The notes beneath the pieces are model-generated. The model was not told the origin of the DNA. It was given only the letters and a program-made list of their open reading frames with translations, and searched no databases. A stretch of 64,000 bases of DNA from Sphaerodactylus townsendi. Lineage: Eukaryota. The position numbers were made by a program, and so were the translations under genes. The DNA lies in assembly GCF_021028975.2 (NCBI RefSeq), contig NC_059439.1, positions 35,278,001 to 35,342,000 of the forward strand, in the 5' to 3' direction. Positions 25,421-37,855 of this stretch are shown here, piece after piece; the first letter of the stretch is position 1, and each line of letters starts with the position of its first letter.

Positions 25421-26010
25421 CTGGTCGTTGTGGTTTTTCCGGGCTGTGTGGCTGTGGTCTGGTAGGTCTTGTTCCTAACATTTCACCTGTATCTGTGGTT
25501 GGCATCTTCAGAGTTGTGTCACAGAAGGAAGTCTGTTACACACTGTAACAGACTTCCCTATGTGATACACCTCTGTTACACACTGTAACAGACTTCCCTA
25601 TGTGATACACCTCTGTTACACACTGTAACAGACTTCCCTATGTGATACACCTCTGTTACACACTGTAACAGACTTTCCTATGTGATACACCTCTGTTACA
25701 CACTGTAACAGACTTCCCTATGTGATACACCTCTGTTACACACTGTAACAGACTTTCCTATGTGATACACCTCTGTTACACACTGTAACAGACTTCCCTA
25801 TGTGATACACCTCTGTTACACACTGTAACAGACTTCCTGTGTGATACACCTCTGTTACACACTGTCACAGACTTCCCTATGCGATACACCTGTGAAGATG
25901 GCAGCCACAGATGCAGGCGAAACGTTAGGAACAAGATCTACCAGACCACGGCCACACAGCCCGGAAAACCCACCATGACCAGTCGAATCCGGCCATGAAA
26001 GCCTTTGACA
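25421..26010. mobile_element. Penelope-like inverted-repeat element with internal 40-bp minisatellite (9 copies, 25532-25891)
   Basis: Arms 25421-25530 and about 25870-25985 are inverted copies. Repeat unit is tctgttacacactgtaacagacttccctatgtgatacacc. Confidence 0.75.
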
Positions 26011-27794
26011 AGGCATTATATCCTTTCCACAGACAATATAAATGTATTGATTTTCCAGTGGGACCTGGGGTCTAGGTTTACCAACTCCAGATTGGGAAAT
26101 TCTGAGAGATTTGAGGGAGAGGAAGGAAAAGTTTGGGAAGGGACCTTAGCTGAATATAATGTTATTTTCTCCCGGGGATTGACAGTGTGGAATTCAGTTG
26201 TATGTTCACAATCTCTCCACCCCACATCCCCTGAGGTTGGCCGCCCTATTAGGTAGGAAGACTTTGTCTTTGTCTAAAGAATGTTCCAAGTTCTTTTTCT
26301 CTCTTAGAGGTCAGGGGGGAGAGCATGGGATAATCATGACATTCAGAAGGAAAGAGAAGGGGGGGAGGGGGTGCATTTGTGTACGTTTTTTTATATATTT
26401 ATGTACAGATTTCTATGGTGCCTCTCAACTGACGGGCTCCTGGGGTGACAAATGATACGCAAAATCCAAAACAAGACTGCTTGATTCAAAACCCATTCAG
26501 CGTAGTGTAAGAAACCAAGAACTGAAATGGGAAAAAGCAAAAACGAAGTAAATTGTTTGTGTTTGACAGTTTGTGCTTGAAAGGTAAACAGTTTTCCTGC
26601 ATTCCAGTTTGGGTTGCCAAATTCCAGGTGGGGGCTGGAGAGCGCCTGTTATTACAATTGATCTCCAGGCGACAGAGATCAAAGGGCCTCTTTGAAATCC
26701 CTCCCCCCAAACCCCCAAACTCAGGTTCCACCTCACAACTTTCTGAGCTGCTGTTCACACAGTTTTGGGTAAATCTTGTCAAATGATTTCCATTAACTGG
26801 CTGTTGTGGGTTCTTGTTGTTAATCTTGATTGTTAATATTTATATCAGGTAAGCCTCTACAGCTCAGGCCGCAGAGCTGGGATTCAAACCGGTTCCTCCA
26901 GAAGACATGTTTCTCTCCATGGCACCATGATCTTTGTTAACAATAAAAACATTTTTATTCCAAGACAATCAAAGGAGTGTTTTCTTGGCTATTCCTTCCT
27001 CAAGTGGCTTGATCTTTTTTTGGTATGTTTTTAATGACCTTGTTTTTGTCAAACTGCTGAATGCGGGGGGAGGGGGGGAAGGTTTCCTAATTTAAATATA
27101 AAACAAATGACGAAAAGAGGGAGGGAAATTCTGTGACATTCACTATGCAAATAGCAGATTCTATCCAGAAATCTGTGGGTGAGCTGTATCCAAATCACTC
27201 ACTGGGAAACTGCATTTCAGCAGATCAAAGATGGTTGGTTCCATCATCTTTGATGGGTCTGGTCACTGGTCAAGGAGGAGAAAGGAAAGGTGTAGTGGTT
27301 AAGAGCAGTAAACTCTAATCTGGAGACCCGGGTTTCATTCCTGACTCCTCCACCTGAGCAGCGGACTCTTAGCAGGTGAATGAGATTTGTTTCCCCACTC
27401 CTACGCATGAAACCTACTTGATGACCCTGGGCTAGTCACATTATCTCAGAACTCTCTCAGCCTCACCCACCTCACAAGATGTCTGCTGTGGGGAGAGGAA
27501 GGGAAGGAGTTTGTAAACGGTACAAATGGAATGGAAATGAATCATGGAGCTTTGCAGGTTTCTTGGCTGAGGACCCACAGGACTACCTCTGCTTTGTCAG
27601 GTATCCCAGAAAGTGGAGAGCAGTGAATCCACGTACCAGCGGGAGGGAGTTTGTTTGAGTGTTCAGGCAGGGGTCCAAAGGGAGGTGTTCCCAGAGGGTG
27701 CATGGATATATAGTATGGCTCCTAAAGAGCTCCACCATATTGAAGATCATGTTCCTGCCCATCCACTACAGTTTCTGGGGAGGTGAGTGCATCT

Positions 27795-28213
27795 AAGAAC
27801 GTAAGAACATAAGAACTAGCCTGCTGGATCAGACCAGAGTCCATCTAGTCCAGCATTCTGCTACTCGCAGTGGCCCACCAGGTGCCTTTGGGAGCTCACG
27901 TGCAGGATGTGAAAGCAATGGCCTTCTGCTGCTGCTGCTCCCGAGCACCTGGTCTGCTCAGGCATTTGCAATCTGAGATCAAGGAGGATCAAGATTGGTA
28001 GCCATAGATTGACTTCTCCATAAATCTGTCCAAGCCCTTTTTAAAGCTATCCAGGTTAGTGGCCATCACCACCACCTGTGGCAGCATATTCCAAACACCA
28101 ATCACACGTTGCATGAAGAAGTGTTTCCTTTTATTAGTCCTAATTCTTCCCCCCAGCATTTTCAATGAATGCCCCCTGTTCTAGTATTGTGAGAAAGAGA
28201 GAAAAATTTCTCT
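27795..28213 (-). mobile_element. CR1 LINE 3' fragment
   Basis: Reverse complement of the same CR1 3' end. Confidence 0.9.
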
Positions 28214-28740
28214 GAATTCAGTTTCTGTGAAGACTACATCCCATCAGCTCGTCTGCTTTGTAGAGTGTGCTTTTTTCCTACACGCTGAAATCTCTATTTC
28301 ATAGGACTTTTGTCCACATAGATCCAACCCCTACATTTCAGAATCTAGAATGTTGGCCATTAGATAACGTGCACAGAAAAATGCTGAGAATGATGTTCAA
28401 CAGAATCTCTCCATCTAGTTGTGTAATTAAATGCTACCTAGTCCCAGCTGCAAAGGACTTGACTTTAGTAACTCAGTAAGCATAAAAAGGCTCATGCTAT
28501 TCATGCTGAAAGGAATTTAAATTAACTGGAAGTAAGTGTGAATCTACACTGAAAATCTGAGGGGATCTTCTGTCTTCAAAGAAAAATTCAACTACTAGTA
28601 TTTCCCTACAGGTCTCAGATTGAGGAATTTAGCTGGTTGGGTTCAGATACTGTTTTTATCAACATTTTTCAGAGAGATTCTTTTTTTCACATCTAATGGG
28701 AGATTCAGCTCTGGCTGGAAGGAATGGTTGATTCCTCAGA

Positions 28741-28828
28741 ATTAGAAACTGTAAATTAGAATTAGAAACTGTAAATTAGAATTAGAAACTGTAAATTAGA
28801 ATTAGAAACTGTAAATTAGAAACTGTAA
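28741..28828. repeat. 20-bp tandem repeat (attagaaactgtaaattaga, 4 copies plus a partial)
   Basis: Seen directly. Confidence 0.9.
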
Positions 28829-28865
28829 AAATATCTCTTTTCAAAGTCTGAGAGGATGAAATAGG

Positions 28866-29937
28866 AGGTGAAAGTAGGGGTGGGTAGCGTGGTGGCCAAG
28901 TTTGCAGATGATACCAAATTATGTAGGGTGGTGAGAACCACAAAGGATTGCGAAGAGCTCCAAGCGGACCTTGATAAATTAGGTGAGTGGGCTCAGAAAT
29001 GGCAAATGCAGTTCAATGTAGCAAAATGCAAAGGGATGCATATAGGGGCAAAAAATCCAAACTTCATATACACGCTACAGGGGTCAGTGCTATCAGTCAC
29101 AGACCAGGAAAGGGATTTAGGCGTCTTAGTTGATAGTTCCATGGGAATGTCAACTCAAATGCATGGCAGCTGTGAAAAAGGCAAACTCTATGCTGGGGAT
29201 CATTAGAAAAGGAATTGATAATAAAACTGCAAAGATTGTCATGCGTTCCTTTATATAAAGCAGTGGTGCGACCTACGGCACTTGGAGTACTGTGTCCAGT
29301 TCTTGGTCGCTGCATCTCAAAAAAAGGATATTGAAGAGATAGAAAAAGGGTGCAGAGAAGGCAAGCAACGAGGATGATTGAGGGACTGGAGCACCTGCCT
29401 TCCTATGGAGGAGAGGCGGCAGCGTTTGGGACTCTTTAGTTTGGAGAGGAGACGCCTGAGGGGGGGATATGCAGGATTTTGGAAGTCTATAAAATTATGC
29501 ATGGGGTAGAAAATGTTGACAGAGAGAATTTTTTCTCTCTTTCTCACAATACTAGAACTGGGGGCATTCATTGAAAATGCTGGGGGGAAGAATTAGGACT
29601 AATAAAAGGAAACACTTCTTCACACAACGTGTGATTGGTGTTTGGAATATGCTGCCACAGGAGGTGGTGATGGCCACTAACCTGGATAGCTTTAAAAGGG
29701 GCTTGGACAGATTTATGGAGGAGAAATCGATCTATGGCTACCAATCTTGATCCTCCTTGATCTGAGATGGAAAATGCCTTAACAGACCAGGTGATCGGGA
29801 GCAGCAGCAGCAGAAGGCCATTGCTTTCACCTCCTGCATGTGAGCTCCCAAAGGCACCTGGTGGGCCACTGTGAGTAGCAGAGAGCTGGATTAGATGGAC
29901 TCTGGTTTGATCCAGCTGGCTTGTTCTTATGTTCTTA
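28866..29937 (+). mobile_element. CR1 LINE, 5'-truncated, with RT C-terminus
   Basis: KFADDTKL...LQADL...WQMQFN..KCK...ERDLGVLVD; frameshifted downstream; CR1 tail. Confidence 0.92.
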
Positions 29938-30836
29938 AATAGGAGGTGAACCAAAAGAGAGGTGTCAGTCACTCGGACAGGCTTATAAATAGAGTTACCA
30001 CATCCCAAGAATTCTTCTGTGCCTTTATCAGCTCTATCGTGGGAAGGAAGTAAACTTGCCTTGGGGGTCTTCCTCCATCTCTTCTACACAAATCCATTCA
30101 GCAAACAACACAGCCTACTTAGAAGCAAACATCTATTATGTGTGGCCAAAGGCTATCACGCAGTATATTTAAGTGCATAAACTATCAGCCTAATAAATGA
30201 ATTCCCTTTCTGCAGTTCAGGGTAGCAGAGACACGTGAGAAACGTAGTCAATCGATCGCACAGTCACTGAAGACATTTTCAAAATGTCAGAGCACCATTT
30301 TAAAAGGGGATTCATGTAAAAATGTTTTGAGCTTGGCAAGTAAACATTTGAGGATGAAAACAATGCAGAACTCCGTGGAGGAACTGTTTTATTTTCTGCC
30401 TCGAAATGTTTTAAATGAATTGTGTGGAAAGGGCATTAGTCTTGTCTATGCCCTTTTCAACATCAAAAACCAAAGAGATGTGGATAAATCTTCCACATCT
30501 TCTTGGATCTTCTTTATGCTAAATGCTCCACCAGGTCCTAGAGCAGGGGCTGATGGGATTTGTAGTCCATGAACATCTGGAGAGCCGCAGGTTGCAGACC
30601 CCTGTCCTAGAGCCTGCCGTCCGATTCTCTGCTCACATCAGAGAATTTTATTTAAGTGCCACTTGTGTGAAAACCATTATTGCCTGCACTGGTAAACATA
30701 GATCTTTGTAAAAAAATAATAATTTACATAACCCCAGACAGATCTTAGCAAGACTTCCCTTTTGATAAAGTTGTACCCACCATTTTGTTTCCCATTCATG
30801 CCGCAGGAAACAAAATGGTGAGCTAATAGCTAATCT

Positions 30837-31140
30837 AAGAAGAAGAAGAAGAGTTTGGATTGATATCCCCCCTTTCTCTCCTGCAGGAGACTCAAAGGGG
30901 CTTACAATCTCCTTGCCCTTCCCCCCTCACAACAAACACCCTGTGAGGTAGGTGGGGCTGAGAGAGCTCCGAGAAGCTGTGACTAGCCCAAGGTCACCCA
31001 GCTGGCGTGTGTGGGAGTGCACAGGCTAATCTGAATTCCCCAGATAAGCCTCCACAGCTCAGGCGGCAGAGCTGGGAATCAAACCCGGTTCCTCCAGATT
31101 AGATACACGAGCTCTTAACCTCCTACGCCACTGCTGCTCC
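30837..31140 (-). mobile_element. tRNA-derived SINE (Squam3-like)
   Basis: Full copy, inserted inside an inverted-repeat element (arms 30667-30717 and 31146-31195). Confidence 0.88.
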
Positions 31141-31252
31141 TGATGATCTTTTTACAAAGATTGATGTTTACCAGTGCAGGCAATGATGGTTTTGATGCAG
31201 GGTTTTGATCTGAATTTGGAAAATTAGTCCCTGTCCATTGATTTGAGTTATC

Positions 31253-31353
31253 CAGTGGTGGGATTAAAATAATTCAACGACTGGTTGTTTACAAGAACCA
31301 TTTTAACGTCCGGTTCTGCCGAAGTGGTGCGAACCGGCTGAATCCCACCACGG
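31253..31353. mobile_element. About 100-bp hAT-like MITE
   Basis: TIRs; 8-bp TSD GAGTTATC/GAGCTATC. Confidence 0.8.
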
Positions 31354-31430
31354 GAGCTATCCCTAATGTGATTGTGCTGTGGATCTTTTCTCTCTCTGAT
31401 TTGATTGAAACTTTCCCCCCCTTCTGTCAG

Positions 31431-32375
31431 ATGGAGCCAGGAAACCGAAGCGGAGTGAAGGTGTTCATTCTTGGGGGCCTACCAAACACCAGCCAATTCC
31501 CTGTTCTGTTCTTCCTCATCTTCTTGGTCGTATACTTGATGACCGTGCTAGGCAACCTCCTGATCTTCTTCACCATCCTGTCGGAAGCCCAACTTCATCG
31601 TCTCCCGATGTACTTCTTCCTCGGCAACCTCTCCTTCCTGGACACCTGTCTCTCCACTGTCACGGTCCCCAAAATCTTAGCTGGTTTCATAGTGGCCAGA
31701 CATAGGACCATCTCCTTCACAGGCTGCCTCATCCAACTTTACACCTTCCACTTCCTGGCAAGCACCGAATGTTTCCTTTACACCGTGATGGCGTACGACC
31801 GCTACCTTGCCATCTGCCGCCCATTGAACTATGCCATGCTCATGAACAGGAAAGTCTGCTCTGGGCTGGCTGCTGGCACCTGGATCACTGGTTCCGTCCA
31901 TGCCGCCATACATACCAGCCTAACCTTTCGCTTGCCCTACTGCGGCCCCAACCAAGTTGACTATTTCTTTTGCGACATCCCCCCCATGTTAAAGCTGGCC
32001 TGCGCTGACACCTCTGTGAACCACACCGTCATATTAGCCAACATTGGGATTGTAGCCGCTGGCTGTTTTATGCTCATATGTGTCTCCTATGTGTACATTG
32101 TGGTGGCCATTTTGAAAATCCAAACAATGCAGGGAAGACACCGGGCCTTCTCCACGTGCAGTGCTCACCTCACCGTGGTGATACTATATTATGGGCCTCC
32201 CATCTTTATATATATGTTCCCGTCTTCAAGTGACTCGACCTATGGGGCCCTGGCTGTCTTCTACACTATCATCACCCCCATGTTGAACCCATTCATATAT
32301 ACGCTGAGGAACAAGGAAGTGAAAAGATCTCTGTCCAGATGGTTAAGTGGACACTCGGTTCTTCAGGAGAGATAG
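31431..32375 (+). CDS. OR10S1: Olfactory receptor OR10S1-like, 314 aa
   Basis: ATG at 31431 directly after a pyrimidine tract/CAG acceptor. FHFLASTECFLYTVMAYDRYLAIC, HAAIHTSLTFRL, IGIVAAGC and AVFYTIITPMLNPFIYTLRNKEVK match OR10S1 as recalled. Confidence 0.92.
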   Translation: MEPGNRSGVKVFILGGLPNTSQFPVLFFLIFLVVYLMTVLGNLLIFFTILSEAQLHRLPMYFFLGNLSFLDTCLSTVTVPKILAGFIVARHRTISFTGCLIQLYTFHFLASTECFLYTVMAYDRYLAICRPLNYAMLMNRKVCSGLAAGTWITGSVHAAIHTSLTFRLPYCGPNQVDYFFCDIPPMLKLACADTSVNHTVILANIGIVAAGCFMLICVSYVYIVVAILKIQTMQGRHRAFSTCSAHLTVVILYYGPPIFIYMFPSSSDSTYGALAVFYTIITPMLNPFIYTLRNKEVKRSLSRWLSGHSVLQER

Positions 32376-32533
32376 AGCTGGAAATGTATTGGAGACATTA
32401 CATCTAGGTATATCGGAGTGGGTTGTGAGGGGCGGAATCTTCCTGTGGATCTAGAAGGACGTTCAAGTGAACTGAGGTGCAGAACACGGGGGGGGGTGTG
32501 TGTGTGTTTGATCCCATCCCCCCGAAAATATAT

Positions 32534-32674
32534 GGCTCATTCCGCACATGCAAAATAATGCACTTTCAAACTGCTTTCAGTGCTCTTTGAAGCTGTGCGG
32601 AATAGCAAAATCCACTTGCAAACAGTTGTGAAAGTGGTTTGAAAACACATTATTTTGCATGTGCGGAAGGGGCC
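32534..32674 (+). mobile_element. 141-bp Harbinger-like MITE
   Basis: TIRs; TAT TSD. Confidence 0.85.
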
Positions 32675-33539
32675 TATGTGAAATATGGGGTTTTTAATGA
32701 TCTATACACAGGGTGATGTTTTAGAGAGCAACCTGAACATTTCTTCTTGTATAGGTGGTATATACGTGGCTTCCCACTGAAGCAATTGGTGTAACTTCTG
32801 GGCTGGAAACCACAACTTGGTGCTTGCAGTGTTGATCATCTTGGGCACCCTTCTTCTTTTGTGTGTATAAATTCTGCACACCTTGGATTTCAAGGTTTTT
32901 AAGTACCCGTTCAACCATCACAATCAATTATTATTTAGAAAAAAGCATGTAATATTCCAATACCCTTACCTGGATGTCCTAGACCAGCTTTTGGAAGCTA
33001 AGCTGGCTTAGTTTTGGTTAGTATGTGAATGAGAGACCACTGAGAAAATCATGTACTTTAATTAGAAATAGGTTTTTTTAAAAAAGTACAGCGCAGACTG
33101 AAATATTTAATTGTTCCTTGTGGTTTGAAGTGACACAGTCCAGGAATGAAGACACCAGAGGAAACTTCTGCTCATCTCCTTCGATGTGAGAATGTCATTC
33201 CTACACTCATTTCACCCACTTGCTTGGAAACACAGGACTTCTGTCTCATTGCCCCTATGCGCCGGGGGCCAAAAGGTTATACTAGGCCATTTGGTGTGGA
33301 AATGTTATACAATTCACATTATCTTGGTCTACCCATCTGCTCTGAACCCTGCCTTGTTCATTTCATTAGCGAGAGACCTGTAGGGACGCAGACGCTCCGT
33401 GTGGCGTGTGGTGCTAATGACATAGAAAAAGTTACCTCCGAGTGGCGTAGCCAAACATACAACTCGGCGATGCCTGCGAAGCAATTCTGACCTGTGACAA
33501 CTTCGCACCTGTGCCTGCTATACCTGTTGCTACATACTC

Positions 33540-33790
33540 TGCCATAATTGGCCCAGAGGGAATTGTCTCATTTAAACCAGCTGCATTGGCCAAGTGCCAC
33601 TTTGGTGGAGACGGAAATTGCTTTGGGCCCTGAATTCTCTCTGCGGCTCTGGGAGCTTTTAGACACTGTTGCGCTTAGTGACTTTGCCTAATGAGACACT
33701 GGAGGGATTTGAGTTCCAGACCCTGCTTCATTAGCCACGGGGAACTGCAGGCCACGAAAGTTGCCAGCGGCAAAGGAGATAATTAAAGAT
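33540..33790. promoter_or_regulatory. Candidate OR enhancer (H-element/Greek-island-like)
   Basis: TAATTG-G-CCCAGAGGGA (33545-33561), ACTTTGCCTAATGAG (33681-33695), TCATTA-G-CCACGGGGA (33728-33743) and TAATTA (33780) in a repeat-free block. Confidence 0.55.
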
Positions 33791-34018
33791 GCAGCAAAGT
33801 TGAGAATTGCCGGTGCCTTTGCTAAGATCTAGTGAGGATCAGAAGTTCACATGGAAACGCTGTATCTTAGCAACTTGGACACTAAAAGTTACCCATGAAA
33901 GAGGAAGTTGGCCAAGAAGGTTTTCTTTCTGATATCAGACACTTGAACGCTTAGCAATTATTTGCCCTGCCAGAGCTATAACAATTCTGTGGGAATTTGG
34001 AAACATTACAGAGAACCT

Positions 34019-34033
34019 CCACTAGGGGCAGCA
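34019..34033 (+). promoter_or_regulatory. CTCF-like motif between the OR cluster and the first V
   Basis: CCACTAGGGGCAGCA resembles the CTCF core CCASYAGRKGGCRS. Confidence 0.4.
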
Positions 34034-35375
34034 CTCAGCTTCCAGATCAGCTTAGCTTTCTATTTTAACAAAGTAAATTAAAAACCATATTCAAACAATA
34101 TCTCCATTTCTGTTCCATTAGATAACTTTGAATAGAACCTGCTGGCACAGAGAACAGCATTAGGTCTGAGATTAAGAAGAGCCTTCATTGTGAAACATTG
34201 CTTTTTATCGGGTTACAATTATAACCTATATGGGCTTGAAAAAGGATAACGAAATAAAACCATATCCAGATATGGATTTATAGCACCTCAAAAGCTTCCC
34301 CTGTTGAATTTATGGAAATTATTTCTAAAGTTATCTAATGGAACAGAATTTGAGATATTGTTTGAATATGGTTTGAGATTCACTTTGTTATGACTCATGT
34401 GTTGAGTAGATGTACACGAAGGTGTAGTATCTGTAACAATGTCTTCAATATACACCTACCTCGCAAATAGGGTAGCCTTCTATTTTATCTAGCAACTTTC
34501 TGGTCCTTATGACAGCTGCAAAGCAGATGTCACAAATCTGGTGCAATTGTAACCTCTACCTGTGGGTTCTGTGGGGCAGAACTTGGAATGAGTTTGCAAC
34601 AACAAATTTTAAAAACAAAATGGTTTACTTTCTTAACATATAACATCAACATTTACATCACACTTCAGGTTGCATTTTCAAGTCCTTATATTTACAGTCT
34701 ACTGATACTGCCAAGTCCAATTCTTCTTTGCAAGTGGGTTGGCTCCTGAAGACTCCAAGGGCTTGATGAAGGTTTCCAGGAGAACTCTCACCCATTACAA
34801 CCACAAAAAACAACAACCCTGAAACAATAAACTCCAACATTTACAACATAGCAAAAATAAACAACTACCTTCCCACTAGTTCCCAACAACATTGCAGTTA
34901 CCTTAACAAGGTGTTAAGGGCTTAAACCAATTGGCCATGCTGACAGAGGCTGATGGGAATTGTAGTTCCTGAACATCTGGAGAGCCACAGGTTCCCTACC
35001 CCTGGCTTAAACAAATCAAGGTCCGAGTCTGGTAGCCTTCTCTCCTCCAAACTACATGAGCTCTGCAGCCTCCTGCTGCTTTGAGTCTCCACCCCTTTCT
35101 GGATCAACCCATTCTGAGCATGGGGGTTACACAATCTCAGATACTAGAGCAGTTTGTAGGCAGCATGTCTATTTTCACCTATCATGATTCTGTCTGTCAG
35201 GCTCATCAAAATATGAGGCCTTGCTCCAGGTTAGCCAGGCAATCAATGAGAGGCTTGGTGCCAGGACACGGAGCCTGTGATATTACAAGCTGTGTGTTAT
35301 CACTTCCAGAGAAAACCAGAAAGTGACATAGGGTGGCTCTAGAAATTGCTGGGCTCTATAGTAAAAACCATAGAG

Positions 35376-35578
35376 CAGCGGTTCTCAACTTGTGGGTCGA
35401 ACAAGACCCCCTTTGGGGGTCGAACGACCCTTTCACAGGGGTCGCCTAAGACCATCGGAAAACACATATTTCCCAAGGTCTTAGGAACCGAGACGCAAAT
35501 AATTTTATGGTTGGGGGTCACCACAACATGAGGCACTGTATTAAAGGGTTGTGGCATTAGGAAGGTTGAGAACCACTG
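35376..35578. mobile_element. hAT-Charlie-like MITE
   Basis: TIR CAGCGGTTCTCAAC; 8-bp TSD CCATAGAG. Confidence 0.85.
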
Positions 35579-36020
35579 CCATAGAGCTTCCAGTGATTCC
35601 TAGAGCTATAGTCTGTCATTTCCTGGGGTGGAAACCTCCTCCACTCCAACTACTGATGTGGCAAGAATTAAACAGAGATCAGTTTCCATGAAGAAAAATA
35701 GCTGCTTTGGAAGGGGAGCTCTAGGGCATTTTACCCTATTGTTCTGTCCCTCCTTCTCCCGGAAGTCCATTCTCCAAATCTCCAGGTATTCCTCCAACCT
35801 GGAGCTGGCATCCCTAGTTGTCAACCTCCTGGTTGGACCTGGAGAACTGTGGGAATTATACCTGGTCTCCAGACAACAGGGTGGGGTGGGGTGGGAAGGG
35901 GGGAACTCTTTTTCCATAAACATTCACTTCAGATTTCCTATTCCCCCATTCCACTGAAGGAGTGAAATATTAAATGCATCACATCAAACTTGATGAGACA
36001 AACAGGTCCTTCGGTGATTA

Positions 36021-36254
36021 CCGTGTTTCCCCGAATATATGACAGTGTCTTATATTAATTTTTGCTCCCAAAGATGTGCTATGTCTTATTTTCAGGGGAT
36101 GTCTTATTTTTCCTGGTGTTCTGTTCGTCGGACATGCTTCCAAACAAAAACTTTGCTATGTCTTACTTTTGGGGGATGCCTTATATTTCGCACTTCAGCA
36201 AAACCTCTACTATGTCTTATTTTTCGGGGATGTCTTATATTAGGGGAAACAGGG
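36021..36254. mobile_element. Tc1/mariner-type MITE
   Basis: TA|CCGTGTTTCCCC...GGGGAAACAGGG|TA. Confidence 0.75.
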
Positions 36255-36670
36255 TATTAGCTATGATGGCTAAATGGAGGATCCATGTATAGAGGCAATA
36301 TACCTTTGAATTCCAGTTTCTAGGAAGGAAGCAATGAGTAAGAACTGTAGATTGCATGGTGTATTTCCAAGCATCCTTTGGTTAGCCAGTTCAGGAAACA
36401 GGTTGCTGGATTAGACATAAAAAATAGCTCTCTGATGTTATCTGATTCTGAGTCCTCCTTGGGGCAGAGTGGAACTGAATAGAGACTGAACAGCCCGATT
36501 CTGTAGATTTATTCCCCCTTTGTTCCACATACCTCTTGCTTCTGATTGGCTGGGTGTAGCAACAGGAACCTCGTGTGTGAATTATGATTCAATTGTGATG
36601 TTTCCTGAGCTGAAAAATTCAGCTCCACCACTTGGGTCTTCAGCAAGAGCAGTCAGAGATCATATTGAAG

Positions 36671-37855
36671 ATGTCCCCAAGGGTTCTGCTGGTGCTACTG
36701 TTAGTGTTTGTTGGTGGTAAGTACTGAGTATCCCCTCTCCTATGTAATCTAATCCTCTCTTCTCCAACAGTGCAGTGTCTCGCATTAATTTTTATTTGTT
36801 CATGCAAACACAAACATCGTAAAAATCAAATGCAAATACAAACACAAAACTCCATAAAAACAAATGGTTGCAAACCACCCACTTAACCATCCTAACTAAT
36901 GGAAATTAAGTCCAAATGCCAAGGCTCATTCTGCACATGCAGAATAATGCACTTTCAAACTGCTTTCAGTGCTCTTTAAAGCTGTGCGGAATAGCAAAAT
37001 CCACTTGCAAACAGTTGTGAAAGTGGTTTGAAAATGCATTATTTTGCATGTGCGGAAGGGGCCCAAAAGAACTTTTTCCATTCTCGTATTGGACCATCAA
37101 TTATCTAATTTGTATAATAATTTTTTTTGATAAAAAGTTAACTGTACCGAATTATAAAACTCTTTTACTTTACCAATTCAATCGTGCCAGTTAGGAGCGA
37201 CTTTTTGATTCCAATTTCTTTGCAAAAAAAAAAATCAATCTTGCAGCAGTAATCGTATGAAGAGCTATAATCCTTTTGTCTGTGGGAAAGTTCGGTAAAT
37301 AATTTAAATTTGAAAAGTTTCTGGAGTAAATGGCATTGGTTTTTCCATACCAGTTGATGGCGTTTTCACAACTTGTGACCAAAACGATGAAGCACGGCTA
37401 CGTTCCCGCCATAAATGGAAAACTCCGCTGCAAAACCAACAGCCTATTTTCCTTTGTTTTGTTCATTTTGGCTAATCTCTTCTCTCCACTTCCAGGGATT
37501 TCCAAGATCTATCCTGATGGATAGTTTGTTCAAAAATACTCTGAATTAACTACACATTATTCTCATGCAGGGGTCAGGTGCCAAGTCCAGGTGAACCAGA
37601 GCTGGCTGGTGTTCACCAGGGAAGGAGAGACCGCTAGCATTGCCTGCAAGTACGAAACTAGCTCTTTCTACAGTTTGCAGTGGTACAGGCAATTCCCGGG
37701 AGAAGGACCAACACATCTGCTCACGATAGTGGGAGAGGAAGTCAGAAAGGGACCCAACTTCAGTGCTGTGCTCAAAAAAGACAAGAAGACGAGTCATCTG
37801 CACATCTCAGGAGTCCAGCACAAAGACACAGCCACCTACTTCTGCGCTGTGGAAG
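36671..37855 (+). CDS. TRAV: TCR alpha V gene segment V1 (leader 36671-36716, V exon 37571-37855)
   Basis: Leader MSPRVLLVLLLVFVG|gtaagt (phase 1). The spliced frame gives C...WYRQ...DTATYFCAVEA. A 23-RSS follows. Confidence 0.93.
36923..37063 (+). mobile_element. 141-bp Harbinger-like MITE in the V1 intron
   Basis: TIRs; CAA TSD. Confidence 0.85.

Noticed and set aside
25532-25891. CRISPR-like regular repeats
   Set aside because: The units are contiguous with no unique spacers; this is a eukaryotic minisatellite.
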